Shown here piece by piece: positions 23,901 through 38,900 of a DNA stretch of 64,000 bases. The notes under the pieces were generated by a model, which was given only the letters and a program-made list of their open reading frames with translations, was not told where the DNA came from and ran no database searches. How positions within the stretch are numbered: position 1 is the first letter of the stretch; every line of letters starts with the position of its first letter. The translations under genes were made by a program, and so were the position numbers. Location: positions 14,570,001 through 14,634,000 of the forward strand of contig NC_092674.1 in the NCBI RefSeq assembly GCF_964355755.1. The letters run 5' to 3'. The stretch comes from Antedon mediterranea. Its lineage: Eukaryota > Animalia > Echinodermata.

Positions 23901-26900
23901 CTGGCTAAAAAGTCCAATCCGAACAACACATGACCTTTACTATGCAAGTCAATCTTAGATTTTAACGTCATAGCTAAATTTGGTAAAAACTACAAAATGC
24001 AAACAATAATCAAAACGATTACCTACCTTACAGTACATATATAACATGGCTAAAATTGCCTTTTTTTTAAACATTTCCAGTGCGAACAAGCTTTTTTAAA
24101 TCCTTGGTAGGTTTTTTTAAGGTTTTATTTCATAATACTTTTTTTGTTCCTTTCATGCTGTCATGATTGGATTTTTAAAAAAGCATTACTTTTATCAAAG
24201 GCAGTATAAATGACTATCCTATAGTTGTAGTAGAATAACAACTTTTTAAAAGGTATGCTTATTTATTTTCAAATTTGTATCATAGTACTAGTAGCCTAAA
24301 TTAGCTTTATTTAGCTTGCAAAAAAAATATACTTCATATTCATAGACATAACTCATCATTATTTAAATTTTGAGTCTTTCACAATAAAATCAAAATAAGC
24401 CAAAATAAATAATCATGAAATAGTTGAGTCAAGAAAAAATGGATTAATATTAACCTTCTATATTATACAACACTTACTACACAATGAACAAATTGTGAGT
24501 TTTATACAGTGTAGAAAATGAGGGCGACAAACAAAATATTTTTCAAAGAAATGCATAATTATAACTAACCTTATTTGCTTCAATGATTGGTTTCACCTTA
24601 TTAACAAATACGTTCCACCATGACTGAATAAATTGACTATCGTGCTGATAACTTGAATGATCTTGATGGTAAAGTGAACCAGTTTTTGTATCATACTTAA
24701 AAGACCACGGCTTTGTAGCTCCAATAAAATGTACTATACGAACATCTTGTCCAAACCTGTATGTATATAGATTTGATAATTGTTGAAAATGTTAAAGCCC
24801 CATTCCCTAGGTTTTTTTAGATCTAATTTAAGATCACAAACTATATTTAATGTAAAAATAATACTATATGGTCCTATTGCGATAACTTTTTTCGTCTTTA
24901 AACGGTTAAAAATGTGAAAAATAAGCCGATTCTAATAATTATAGCGGCCCGCTATAAATCCCAAAATGCATTGCGCGCGGATTGATATTTTTGTTTTTCA
25001 CCTGTAATTCGCCCACTTTTCGATCGATCGTGAGGCCAAAACAAATGGAAGACTCCTAACTTTTCAGCGAAAATACCGGGTTTTCCCCAATTTGTATCAA
25101 CGGAGTCTGGCAAAAATAGAAAGACAATTAATGCAGCAACTATACAACGTCAGGCTAGGTATATAGCTCGCGTACGATGTTCGTACGTTACCGATGTTTA
25201 CCAGCTAGGCCTACAAAACTAAGCCTAGCTAGGCTAGGCCTAAGACCGTCCACGAGAGGTCGATCGCCGCGAGCTACTTAGGTAGTGCATTGTTTCTCAC
25301 TTTTTATCATAATTTACCATAAAACGTACATTTAAGACAAGGAATGACATGGTTTAATGTTTTTAAAGTGATATATATGTATTATTTTCCAAAAAACGTC
25401 CAAAATTGCAGGGAAGGGGTCTTTAAATGAAATTTCCTCAAGCTGAACTGGAAACTGAGGAAACCTGGATTAGGCCCTCAACAGACCCATGGCAGCCAGC
25501 AGTGATAACCAGATCAGCACACCGGCAGACAATCCCCTACTCTTTTCGAATCATGTACTAAAGTTTTTTAACGTGTGCTATGTACATGCAATGGCAATGA
25601 GTAAAACATCTTTTCTAAGGATGTAAAAACAGTATGGTACAGACAGGCTTGAATCTATGCCTATCACATGCTATTCCGATATTATCATTACACCACCACT
25701 CTCTGATACAGCACCCAGTAAAATTGGCTGCTAGCCAATGGGTTTTTGTCTTTTATATCCTCCTAAAAACGCTAATCGTCGTTAGACATTGCGAGTTTTA
25801 TATAAAGATAAAAATTAAAAATGGGGGACAATGCATCTTTAATCATTTGTTTAAAGAAAACATACAGTATTCGATAAAAGGTAAAGTGTATGTACACAAA
25901 CAAAATAAAACTTACTTAACAAATGCAGGTTTATATGAATAACTACAGGATGATGTCATGTTATAGACAAATGGTAAATGTCGAGATATATCTTTTGTAG
26001 ACCAGTCACTAAAAAATGTGTTTAATAGTCCTTGATCACCCCCTGAAAGAAAAAGAGTAGCAAATTATACTATCTTAATTGTAAATAACTAGATGGTACT
26101 CTCCTTCGAGAGCACAGATTGATTTTCATCTCCATAATCTATTGCATGGTGACCGTTCTATTTAGTGGTTCTATTCCATAATCTATTGCATGGTGACCGT
26201 TCTATTTAGTGGTTCTATTCCATAATCTATTGCATGGTGACCGTTCTATTTAGTGGTTCTATTCCATAATCTATTGCATGGTGACCGTTCTATTTAGTGG
26301 TTCTATAATATTATTGATTCTATTATGTAAAATCAACTTTGTTGACATTGAATAAAAACAGTCAATCTTGGACCTTCAAAACATGGAAAAAATATCAGGT
26401 TTTATGAAATCAATCCAAATTATAGAGGGTGCTATAACAATTTTGTTTGGCATAAAGTAAACGATATGGGTATAAAATACAGTGGCAACACGTCACAAGC
26501 TCTCCTCAAGTACATCATATACAAATAATGACTGTTTATGAGTGTAATGGTACAAATAATGGCATGAGGTGAATGATGAAAGGTTATATTTCAACAAGGC
26601 ACATTCACCTCATGCCATTATTTGTACCATTACACAAATATAAAACATTCATTATTTGTTTTATATAACATCTAAATAGATTCCTGTCACCAAATAAAAG
26701 GTAGACCTAGCCAAGGCCTACATTTGATTCACATTGATTAAACAGTAACATTTGGTTTTTAAAAATTATATTAAATATTATTATTTATATGGATTTTATA
26801 AACCCACATACTGTAGTGTTAATTATGTCAACAAACAACCAAACAATCCTAGGCCTACCAAGGTTGGGCTTAGACGATTTCATGAAAGGTCGTCAAATTC

Positions 26901-29900
26901 TAGGCTATGTACACCATACGTTTTATTGTATTTAATTGTATTTTGGTACTTTAAAAGGTTCTATGTCCGATTTGTTAAGAACATAAAAGTTTTATTAGTC
27001 ATCTAATTTCTTTTTAATTTATTTGATCAAATCGAAACAATATTTCAGATCAATGCGATTAATAAGGGCATGGATTATATGGATAGTACCGTTTTGGTAC
27101 TGCCAGACACATTCACCCATAGCTATCCTAATGAAATTTTGTAGAAGCTTTCACTAATTAGGTTATATGCATGATATGCATATAACCTCTTGATTCTGTC
27201 AAAATCTTTATTTATTTATTCTTTCCTTAGCACTATTTTGTCCGTGAATTATCTTGGCATCAGTTTCATCTAGCTAAGTCAAGTTTTCAGAGTATATTCC
27301 TTATGGCCAGGAATCGATGTGGTTATATTTTCACGATGCGCAATCAAAAATTACGCGGTCTACGCACGATTTTACGAAATCACGTTTGTAATCATATCTT
27401 CACAAGCATGAATCACAATTAAACAAAATTTGGTACTCATAAATTTCAGGTCATATTTCATCATATGGCAATACAATTACGTGCGTAGCGCATATAACGC
27501 TTGTGTGCGTAGCGCATATAACGCTTGTGTACGCGCGCTTAAAATGTTCAAAATTGTCAAAATTTATTTTAAATGAAATTAGAGTACGTTTCAGGCAATT
27601 TTAAGCGTTTAAAAAATTGCCATGAGTGCGCAGCTTTTTGCCCGATTTCTGTTTTACAATCTTTCTTTAATAATATCATCATATTTGATTCAGGTTTCAA
27701 CTCGAAATTGCTTTATACGAGCACGTCAAAAGTGACTGGCTACGCACGTATAAGTTAACAATATGGTGAAAATATGCTAAATTTTAAAATTAATATATAT
27801 CGTCAGAATGCAGGGGAACACCTATTTTTTATTTCCTTTTCTTGAAGTGTATGTATCATATGTATGATTTATTATCAAATTAAGAGAACAAAAGTTGATT
27901 AAGTCATCATTAATTGCATATTAAATTTAAAAAAAATAATTTCGACAATCAAACAAATTATGACATTTTCTTAGGCCAAAATAACAAACTATTAACTTTC
28001 TTCCTTCAAAAGTTCATATATTAAAGTTAAAAGTATGTAGTTTGACAGTGCATCATTTGTTTACATTTTAAAGATGTCATCATAGTAAAAAATTATAATT
28101 CATTTCGGTATGTAATAATCTATTTGCACCAAAGTGGTTACTGCATAGTACCGTATATTTCGGTGTATAAGTCGCACCTGTGTATAAGACGCACCCCCTA
28201 ACTGAGAGTAAAATATCGGTATTTTTTATATCGTCGATGTATAAGACGCACCTTATATTTCATCAAAACAATTTTGTATTAAATTGTAATCAATATATTT
28301 TGTTATATCTACAACGGCGTCCTTTATTTAGGTTTTTTCTTACCTAGGCTAACTTGTTATTCATGAGTTTCGCACCCGCAACATCGAGTGCATGACCGTG
28401 TGTAACACGCACATGTGTGGGCTAGCCTCGCTCGATCATTTCGAGAGGGCGCACGTTTTCACGGACAATCGTATTCGATTAGTAATAGTATCTATGTATC
28501 CGAGAAGTGTATACGCTAGGTCCATGCTATAATCAACTGGAGAATATCCTAGTCGAATACCGTACACCATGTGGCCGCCAAAGAAGGGTTTGCGCTAGGG
28601 GTACGTGCGTATAACTATAAATAGGCCTAAATACATTCCAATCGTAAACGTTTACAAATGAAATTTTATCGGAGCGCCTAAAACAGCTCTATAATGAAGA
28701 AATCTTTTCATCATATTTAGTATAACATCACGCTAAAATGCCTTGAAAACTAGGCAGAAGCAGGTTGCCGTTACGTTATTACACTGTAGCTAGCCTAGGC
28801 CTAGCCGCGCCAACAAGGTGACGATTATGTACAATCTGTGTGGTGAGGCATTTATGTTCGGTGTATAAGACGCACCCTTAATTTAGAGGTCAAATTTGCG
28901 TGTCAAAAGTGCGACTTATACACGGAAATATACGGTAAATACACGAAGGAATTTTTCTACAACTTTTAGTCAGTTGTATATGGCTCGATGTGTCGTGCTC
29001 GTGTCTATGGCATTCAAAGTACCGAGATCGAGTCTCACCTTGGGAAACGAAATAAGATTTTTTTTTATTATCCGTATTGTTTGTTCAAATTTATTTCTTA
29101 GTGTATAGATTATACACATGATTTATAATGAAATCTAGATAAAAATTAACTTATGTCTTTATTATTATGTAACAACAAATGTGGTTTATGACATTATACG
29201 CATATGGATCTTTGATCGGATTGTGATACCGGCTATGGTGTTCGCGTTAGCAAGGTCCTATCATATATTATAAATAATTAAAGATTCTGAGAAAATCAAT
29301 CAATCAATATATCTTTATTTAAATCAATGCATATAACCTATAATTCGTCATAGTGACGAATTAAATCTAGTTTCATTTATAGTTCTCAAATATTTCACTT
29401 TTCCAAGCCGAGACCTGAACTCTGAATAGAGGTTTTACAATACTACATAGGGAAATCATTCAACAGAATTACACAATTTATGAAGGTGTCCCCTTAATAG
29501 AGGTTTTACAATACTACATAGGGAAATCATTCAACAGAATTACACAATTTATGAAGGCGTCCCCTTAATAGAGGTTTTACAATACTACATAGGGAAATCA
29601 TTCAACAGAATTACACAATTTATGAAGGCGTCCCCTTAATAGAGGTTTTACAATACTACATAGGGAAATCATGCAACAGAATTACACAATTTATGAAGGT
29701 GTCCCCTTAATAGAGGTTTTACAATACTACATAGGGAAATCATTCAACAGAATATTAAGCAATTTATGAAGGTGTCCCCTTAATAGAGGTTTTACAATAC
29801 TACATAGGGAATCATTCAACAGAATTACACAATTTATGAAGGTGTCCCCTTAATAGAGGTTTTACAATACTACATAGGGAATCATTCAACAGAATTACAC

Positions 29901-32900
29901 AAATTTATGAAGGTGTCCCCTTAATAGAGGTTTTACTATACTACATAGGGAAATCATTCAACAGAATTACACAATTTATGAAGGTGTCCCCTTAATAGAG
30001 GTTTTACTATACTACATAGGGAAATCATTCAACAGAATATTAAGCAATTTATGAAGGTGTCCCCTTAATAGAGGTTTTACAATACTACATAGGGAAGTCA
30101 TTCAACAGAATATTAAGCAATTTATGAAGGTGTCCCCTTAATAGAGGTTTTACAATACTACATAGGGAAATCATTCAACAGAATTACACAATTTATGAAG
30201 GTGTCCCCTTAATAGAGGTTTTACTATACTACATAGGGAAATCATTCAACAGAATATTAAGCAATTTATGAAGGTGTCCACTTAATAGAGGTTTTACAAT
30301 ACTACATAGGGAAGTCATTCAACAGAATATTAAGCAATTTATGAAGGTGTCCCCTTAATAGAGGTTTTACAATACTACATAGGGAATCATTCAACAGAAT
30401 ATTAAGCAATTTATGAAGGTGTCCCCTTAATAGAGGTTTTACAATACTACATAGGGAATCATTCAACAGAATATTAAGCAATTTATGAAGGTGTCCCCAT
30501 AATAGAGGTTTTACAATACTACATAGGGAAATCATTCAACAGAATATTAAGCAATTTATGAAGGTGTCCCCTTAATAGAGGTTTTACAATACTACATAGG
30601 GAAATCATTCAACAGAATTACACAATTTATGAAGTGTCCCCTTAATAGAGGTTTTACTATACTACATAGGGAAATCATTCAACAGAATATTAAGCAATTT
30701 ATGAATGTGTCCCCTTAATAGAGGTTTTACAATACTACATAGGGAAATCATTCAACAGAATATTAAGCAATTTATGAAGGTGTCCCCTTAATAGAGGTTT
30801 TACTATACTACATAGGGAATCATTCAACAGAATATTAAGCAATTTATGAATGTGTCCCCTTAATAGAGGTTTTACAATACTACATAGGGAATCATTCAAC
30901 AGAATATTAAGCAATTTATGAATGTGTCCCCTTAATAGAGGTTTTACAATACTACATAGGGAATCATTCAACAGAATATTAAGCAATTTATGAAGGTGTC
31001 CCCTTAATAGAGGTTTTACAATACTACATAGGGAATCATTCAACAGAATATTAAGCAATTTATGAAGGTGTCCCCATAATAGAGGTTTTACAATACTACA
31101 TAGGGAAATCATTCAACAGAATATTAAGCAATTTATGAAGGTGTCCCCTTAATAGAGGTTTTACAATACTACATAGGGAAATCATTCAACAGAATATTAA
31201 GCAATTTATGAAGTGTCCCCTTAATAGAGGTTTTACTATACTACATAGGGAAATCATTCAACAGAATATTAAGCAATTTATGAATGTGTCCCCTTAATAG
31301 AGGTTTTACTATACTACATAGGGAAATCATTCAACAGAATATTAAGCAATTTATGAAGGTGTCACCTTAATAGAGGTTTTACAATACTACATAGGGAAAT
31401 CATTCAACAGAATATTAAGCAATTTATGAAGGTGTCCCCTTAATAGAGGTTTTACTATACTACATAGGGAATCATTCAACAGAATATTAAGCAATTTATG
31501 AAGGTGTCCCCTTAATAGAGGTTTTACAATACTACATAGGGAATCATTCAACAGAATATTAAGCAATTTATGAAGGTGTCACCTTAATAGAGGTTTTACT
31601 ATACTACATAGGGAAATCATTCAACAGAATATTAAGCAATTTATGAAGGTGTCACCTTAATAGAGGTTTTACAATACTACATAGGGAAATCATTCAACAG
31701 AATATTAAGCAATTTATGAAGGTGTCACCTTAATAGAGGTTTTACTATACTACATAGGGAAATCATTCAACAGAATATTAAGCAATTTATGAAGTGTCCC
31801 CTTAATAGAGGTTTTACTATACTACATAGGGAAATCATTCAACAGAATATTAAGCAATTTATGAATGTGTCCCCTTAATAGAGGTTTTACTATACTACAT
31901 AGGGAATCATTTAGTCTGGGTTCCAGACGGAGTTTTGTCTTAATATTAGTTAAAAGATAAATATTTTGGCACATATGGCGTTTCATACGTATACTACTTG
32001 ATTTTGGATACTCCGTCTGGGGAAACACGCACAAGTCATGTGGTTTGACACCAAGAATTCTTGGTGCATACGATTATCCGGTTGACTAGTTTCAGCTGCA
32101 TGCGATTGGCTACTCTCTCGTACACTGTTTAAATATTCATATTTCAGAATTTCAAAGACTCAACAAATAAGATGATGCGCATGCGCTATGTTACGTTTAG
32201 ACAATGTGTACTTGGGGTACATTTATGAAAGTTCTGAAGGCTAGAAATTATTTTATATGCCTAGTAGTCTGGTAAACATTTGATGGGATCTTTGAAACAT
32301 GAAAACTTGTCTTGATATATGATAGGCTAGCTTCTCCGCAAATCAAACATTGAATGGATCATTTATTACGTGGAGATAATTTTGATTTAATTCCCACCCA
32401 GACCCTGTCCTGTTCTGTGTGGTGGTAGCCGCCCTGTTGTGTGCCGGTGGTATGTAGGCCTACTTCATTGGCGTTTTATTTGGCAGGTCATACGTGCGAG
32501 TTGAGTAGGACCTACGAAAGAGGCCTAGGCCAAGGACTAAACAATTAATAAACAAAACAACTTGGCATTACTATTTTATATTTCAACAGTCTCGATCGTA
32601 CATTAAGCACTGGTAGGCCTACGTACTCGATCTCTTTCATTTTGAAACAAAATGATCATTGGTTGATTCGAAATCCATATTTACATACCGCCCGCCCCAT
32701 ATAGCCAAATACGGTATGATAACCTACGTCATTCTTATCGTATGTTTGCGGTCTGCAAATCGATTTCTATACGTGTTTCACAAGTCTGTATTTTCAGACA
32801 AAAATCGCGGTCGAAATAAAAACAAATAAATAAAAAAAAAAGATAATACAGACTTGGGGCAAGTCTAGGAATCATTCAACAGATTTACACAATTTATGAA

Positions 32901-35900
32901 GTGTCCCCTTAATAGAGGTTTTACAATACTACATAGGGAAATCATTCAACAGAATTACACAATTTATGAAGGTGTCCCCTTAATAGAGGTTTTACTATAC
33001 TACATAGGGAATCATTCAACATAATGATTAAGCAATTTATATAGGAAGTTATCTGTTCATTTGTGTGGGATAGTTCCCTATTAATATTGCTTGTAGGACA
33101 TCATTCCACTAGCCTTTTTCCGTGTTATTTTTAGTTACTACACAATGAACTTAGTGTAGGTACATCATTTTTTAATATTAATCTATAATATATTAATTTA
33201 CGTAAGGGCAAAATTTGGTAAATTGTACATTGTTTCTAGAATTTGTACTCGAAGGTATATAAAGTTGGTTTATAATTTTGGTACTGATTTTAACCTGTTT
33301 ACTAATTAAGTAAGAATTAGTTAGTTATTTCAAGTGATCAGACAGTTAAAAATATGTATAACACTGAATATGCTAATAAATTTAATACATATACAAAAAC
33401 ATACGTTATGAGAAAAAATCTATGTTTGATACGAATTTCATAATTATGAAGATACCACTTCATCATCAAATAACAAGACAAGAATGTGGCAGGTCGAAAA
33501 ATTCAAGTCACAACTTATTTTTCATTTTAAAATTCTCATGGTGACAATTATATTTGGCCATGTCCGCCAAAGTTGCTATATTCGAGAGCCATCTGGGTAT
33601 ACGAGTATACGTATACATTTATATAAGGACGTAGGTTTTTACAGGACGTAAAGTTTTATTTGTATTTGTATTAAGGACACATTTCAGTAAATCGCGAATA
33701 ACCTTTTTATCAATGGTTTAGAACATGGGTTCATACTTTCTGTACTAAATTGTACTCGCAACTTAAAACCATTATAAATAAATAATACGTTTAATTGGTC
33801 CTCTTTCCATACCCGACTTTATTAATGATAATATGTTACGAAATGAATACAACTGATTTTTCTAATCAGAAGAAAAAAACAAACATTGTTAATTGAATAT
33901 TAGATGTTAAGTTGGATGGATTTATTGAAATAACATGTATTAATAGAAAAAAAAAGAGTAAAACTACTGAGAAAATGGAAATGTAATATATATTATATGA
34001 AGTGAGAGTATATTGTAATACATTTATGAAAGATTGAATGATGAATAAAGGTGGTGGTTAACCACAAAACATAAAAAAAAAATACTATCTTGTCTGTATT
34101 GTGTGTGTAGTGCCCTTGTTAACATGCATTATATGCACACGGCTTGTCTGTATTGTGTGTGTAGTGCCCTTGTTAACATGCATTATATGCACACGGCTTG
34201 TCTGTATTGTGTGTGTAGTGCCCTTGTTTAACATGCATTATATGCACACGGCTTGTCTGTATTGTGTGTGTAGTGCCCTTGTTAACATGCATTATATGCA
34301 CACGGCTTGTCTGTATTGTGTGTGTAGTGCCCTTGTTAACATGCATTATATGCACACGGCTTGTCTGTATTGTGTGTGTAGTGCCCTTGTTAACATGCAT
34401 TATATGCACACGGCTTGTCTGTATTGTGTGTGTAGTGCCCTTGTTTAACATGCATTATATGCACACGGCTTGTCTGTATTGTGTGTGTAGTGCCCTTGTT
34501 TAACATGCATTATATGCACACGGCTTGTCTGTATTGTGTGTGTAGTGCCCTTGTTAACATGCATTATATGCACACGGCTTGTCTGTATTGTGTGTGTAGT
34601 GCCCTTGTTAACATGCATTATATGCACACGGCTTGTCTGTATTGTGTGTGTAGTGCCCTTGTTTAACATGCATTATATGCACACGGCTTTATTTCCAAAG
34701 GATGAGATGAGAGTAAAAAATAAGGATGAAATCATTATGGTGCAGATAGTCTCAAATCCGTGCCTATCACATGCTAGAAATTATCCTTACACTCTCCGGT
34801 ATATTTACAGAACGGGATCCCAAACAGTCTCCCATCCAGAATACAACTGTGCTCAATGTTGCTCAACTTCGGTGATCTGACAAGAACCAGTGTTTCAACG
34901 AAATCACTGTAATATTGAATACTTACCATCAAAACTTCCATGTGTAACAGCACACTGCAAAAGAGCTGCATACGTTTCATCAGATGGCTTGAAGACAAAC
35001 ACCCCAGAATTAAAACAGTCTGGCCAGCCAACATCAGGTGCTGCAGAGAGTTCTTCACGTTCAAATAAATCATCAACATTACGAAGAACCTATCAATTGG
35101 AATGAAATGCTTTGTACTGTATTGATAAAAAGTTGGCAAAATAAATGGGAGATGTTATACAATGATGGTACAGCTCCATATACAGCACCCGATATTCCCA
35201 GATGGCCTTCCATCAAGCTCTAACCTGGCCCAATGTTGATTAACTTCGGTGATCTGACGAGAACCGGTGATTCAACATGGCGGGATATTTGAATATCAAA
35301 ATACAAGCATTAAGAAATGAAATTAATTCTTGATCAGATACTCGATATTCAGTGTTCCAGCGATATTCAAAACACTTGAAAAGTTTGCTTATAAAATATA
35401 GTGTACTTAATTACTCTTTAAATCTGTGCAACATTTCTCTGGTGTACCTTGTAAATTGCATCATAGCATTTTTGTCTTTTATTATTCTATGTGAACACAT
35501 ATGGATTCAATTTTATAGATATTACAAAATGTTTTATTTGAATGAGCATGCACTATATTCACATCATGAATTTGGTAAATTGCAGTGTTATGATGTCATA
35601 CACCTATTTGGATCTCAATCAGAGATAGAGTGAATGATAGAATGCCACATTCTCACATTTGGCAGTCAACATGTTAAGCTCTGTCCACACTATCAAAATA
35701 GTTTGACAAAAAGTGTGATGTGCCCTAAAATGGTAGTGAAATGATGTCATTGTGTCCATAACATCACATTTTTTTGTCACATAAAATTTGATAGTGTAGA
35801 CAGCGCTTTAGTCAACTTGTTCATGAGCAAATTTTGTGATTGATGTCATCCGGTATCAGTCTGTATAGTGCAAATCAAAAAGTTCCTATTATTAAGAAAC

Positions 35901-38900
35901 AATGAATAATTTGTTTTTCTATCTAATTTAACAACATGAAATATTCACCAAACAGTCAGCATCAAGAAAAACACATTTTGTAAATTGTTTGAGACGCCAA
36001 CAATGAAGCTTTGAAAATGTAATTCCTAAATCAGGTCGTGCAAGCAGGGCTAAATTTGCCTCGTCTTCACTGTCTAGTGGATCAACTTGTTGAATATAAT
36101 CATAGATTTCAGATAGCTGTTGTCTGCAATTAAAAGTACAATATATTATTCTATATGCATGGAATGGAATTAAAAATGAAAAATGTAATTAAAAAATAGT
36201 CTTCTTTGTTTATAAAGATTTTAGCTTTAATACTTTTTAGAATACACCTGAGTGCATTCTTGCCATTTGATTGGTTAATTACGAATCACGTGTTGTTCAC
36301 TATTTTGCACTAATGAATATACGGCAATAGTAAAGATCATTTTCTGGCATGTGAGATTTTTAACCGAACCATCTATAACTCTCCTATTCCAAGTTCAAAA
36401 TTGAAGCGCTGGCTTACTTATTTTAATCTTTCAACTCATGAAATCTTCTCACTACTCATAAACATTCATTGTATAATAATGAATGTTTATGATTGGAAAT
36501 CAGAGAATATTTCATCTTTTAATGAATGAAAATATTATATCCAGTTCTCGAAAACAAAAGCTGCCAAATAAAGTATGTAATTTAAATAAATCAATAAATA
36601 CCGAGCTGGTGCTGATTCAAGTCCAAGTAAGCAGCGGCTGCAGCGGGTACTACACCACCAAGATGATAATTGTATTTAACTACTGAGAGTCAATAACACA
36701 CAAATGTGCTTAGTTTATGGCCGATGTCAACAACAATGTCAATAAAGTTTTACATTAATCTCAATGATGGATTAAGCTAAGCCAGGACTGTTTAAAACCT
36801 TGATTGGTCTTATCATTGATCAAAGGCTTTTCTCATTCAGTGCCCTCTTAGACCAGAGAAAAAGCATTGGCCAATTATACCTCTAGTCTGAGGCAGATAC
36901 TAGATGAAGGTGCTGCCACAAAAGTCGACATTGGCTAATAGGACCCCAGCTACATCATATCATATACAGCACTCGATATTCCCAGATGGTCTCCCATCCA
37001 ATCTCAAACAGGCCCAACGTTGCTTAACTTTGGTGATCTGTCAAGAACCGGTGTTACATGGTAAAGCAGTATTATTACACAAATGTGTACAGTAGGTAAA
37101 ATAGGAAGCAAATACCTCATTGACTGTGTGACCATAGGTGCTATTAGGATTGCAAGTTTCCTAGTAGTACAAACATCACGCAATGATTGTCCAAGTACAA
37201 GAGCTCCATAGCAGTATTTATCATTGGTTGCTAGCGTGACAAAGGCCTCATCGACAACTGGAAAACAATAAAAACATTTAAGTGATTGTTTTTTTTAAGT
37301 TGACAATTAAGGCATAATAATTAAATGTTTAAATCTATTTAATTATTTTTGAAAATCAATTTATGAAAGGGAATGTAGTGAGAAATAATAAAGGCCAGAT
37401 GGAATGTATTGCTGTTGGTAAAGTGAAAGTGGATTTTTTTATAGAACAAAATTTGAGTTATAACCTTATTTACCTTATTTTATAATAGTAGTTAGTACAA
37501 ACTATTCAACAATAACAATATGATGAAGCCTAAACAAAATAATGTATTTATGTTTGAGTAGAAGCTGCCAGTGGCGTATCCAGGATTTTGAAGTTGGGGG
37601 GGCCGGGAATTGCCAATTTGCCGACAAAATTGGTGTCATTATCTGTACATACACGACGTCTCTCTGATCAATATATGTTCTAGGATTACATAGTCATATT
37701 GTCTTATATGGGATAACGATGCAAAATTAAAACCAAACCAACATAATCTGTAAAGTATGTTGTATTCATATTACAATAAAGAAAGAATTAGGAAAATTTG
37801 ATTTGTAGTTTTCGAAATATAGGGTCTAAAACATCACCGAAAATGATCGTTTTTAGCCATGAAAGAAGTAAAACAATTTGCGGCCTCAGTCGACAATTCT
37901 ATTAACTACGCCATTTTTGGTTAAAATAATTACATATAATTACGTTTTTTAGTAATTTATTTTATATATCACCATTGGAAATATCAATAAAACATGTTAT
38001 TAAATGCTTATAAAATATATAAAGTTGTTTACTTAACGGAATTCGGACAAATTCATTGCTCTAACTTTGTGTAGTAACGATCAGAGAGATTCATGGTACA
38101 CGCGCGAGAGAAAACATTCCGCTGCGGGTGATTCGCATCCACCAATCAAATCAGCTAGAATCCTAAATCATTCAACCGTGAGCAATGCCAATCGCGAGAA
38201 AGCTCAGCTTTGATTGGCTTACGATGACATCATATCACAAAATGGTGGTTTTGTAGTTGAGCCTCACGGAATATTCTGTTCCAAAAATGAAATACATGGA
38301 TATTTTTTATGGTATATGTGCTTTTTCTTTAAAAACTTTGAATAATAAAGGCCTAATATCGAGGAAAAAAACCGGGTTTTTGGCACTTATAATAAATATA
38401 TCTTAGACAAAAAAGCACATGGCATGTGGAACTATATAATCTCTTAGCGTAGGAAGACATACAAATCCCAGGTCATGAGAGGCTCAACTGCATGCAAAAA
38501 CAAGGTTTTAGGGTAAGGTCAAAGACTTTTGAGTAAACAATCTACCGCGTACGGCCGTACGTACGTACTACACATTTTTTACGTGTTTCGTAGTGTAATG
38601 ATGATAATTAAATAAAAAATAGTTGATCTGAAAGGATCAATGATGATATGATATGTAAATAAACAAACACTCAAAAGAATTATGTTTACAGTTCAATTAT
38701 TGTCAGAATAAATAGTTTATTTTTTTCCCCGACACCTTTGTTTGCCGACGGCCGCGATGATGTGCCGACGGAAACGAAATCAGGGGGGGCCCGGTACCCC
38801 CCCTCCCCCCCCCCCCCCCCCCCCCCCCCCGGCCCCCCTACTGGATACGCCACTGGAAGCTGCATGCATGAGCAAATTTGTTTTAGCATCCTCTATTTTA

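Noticed and set aside
30302-34880. Repetitive ORFs ([12 protein letters not shown]..., [11 protein letters not shown]..., [11 protein letters not shown]...)
   Set aside because: These are translations of satellite units; 1-nt indels between units break the frames.
34806-37063. Functional 5S rRNA genes
   Set aside because: All three copies are 5'-truncated, mutually divergent, carry indels and lack a clean downstream T-run terminator.
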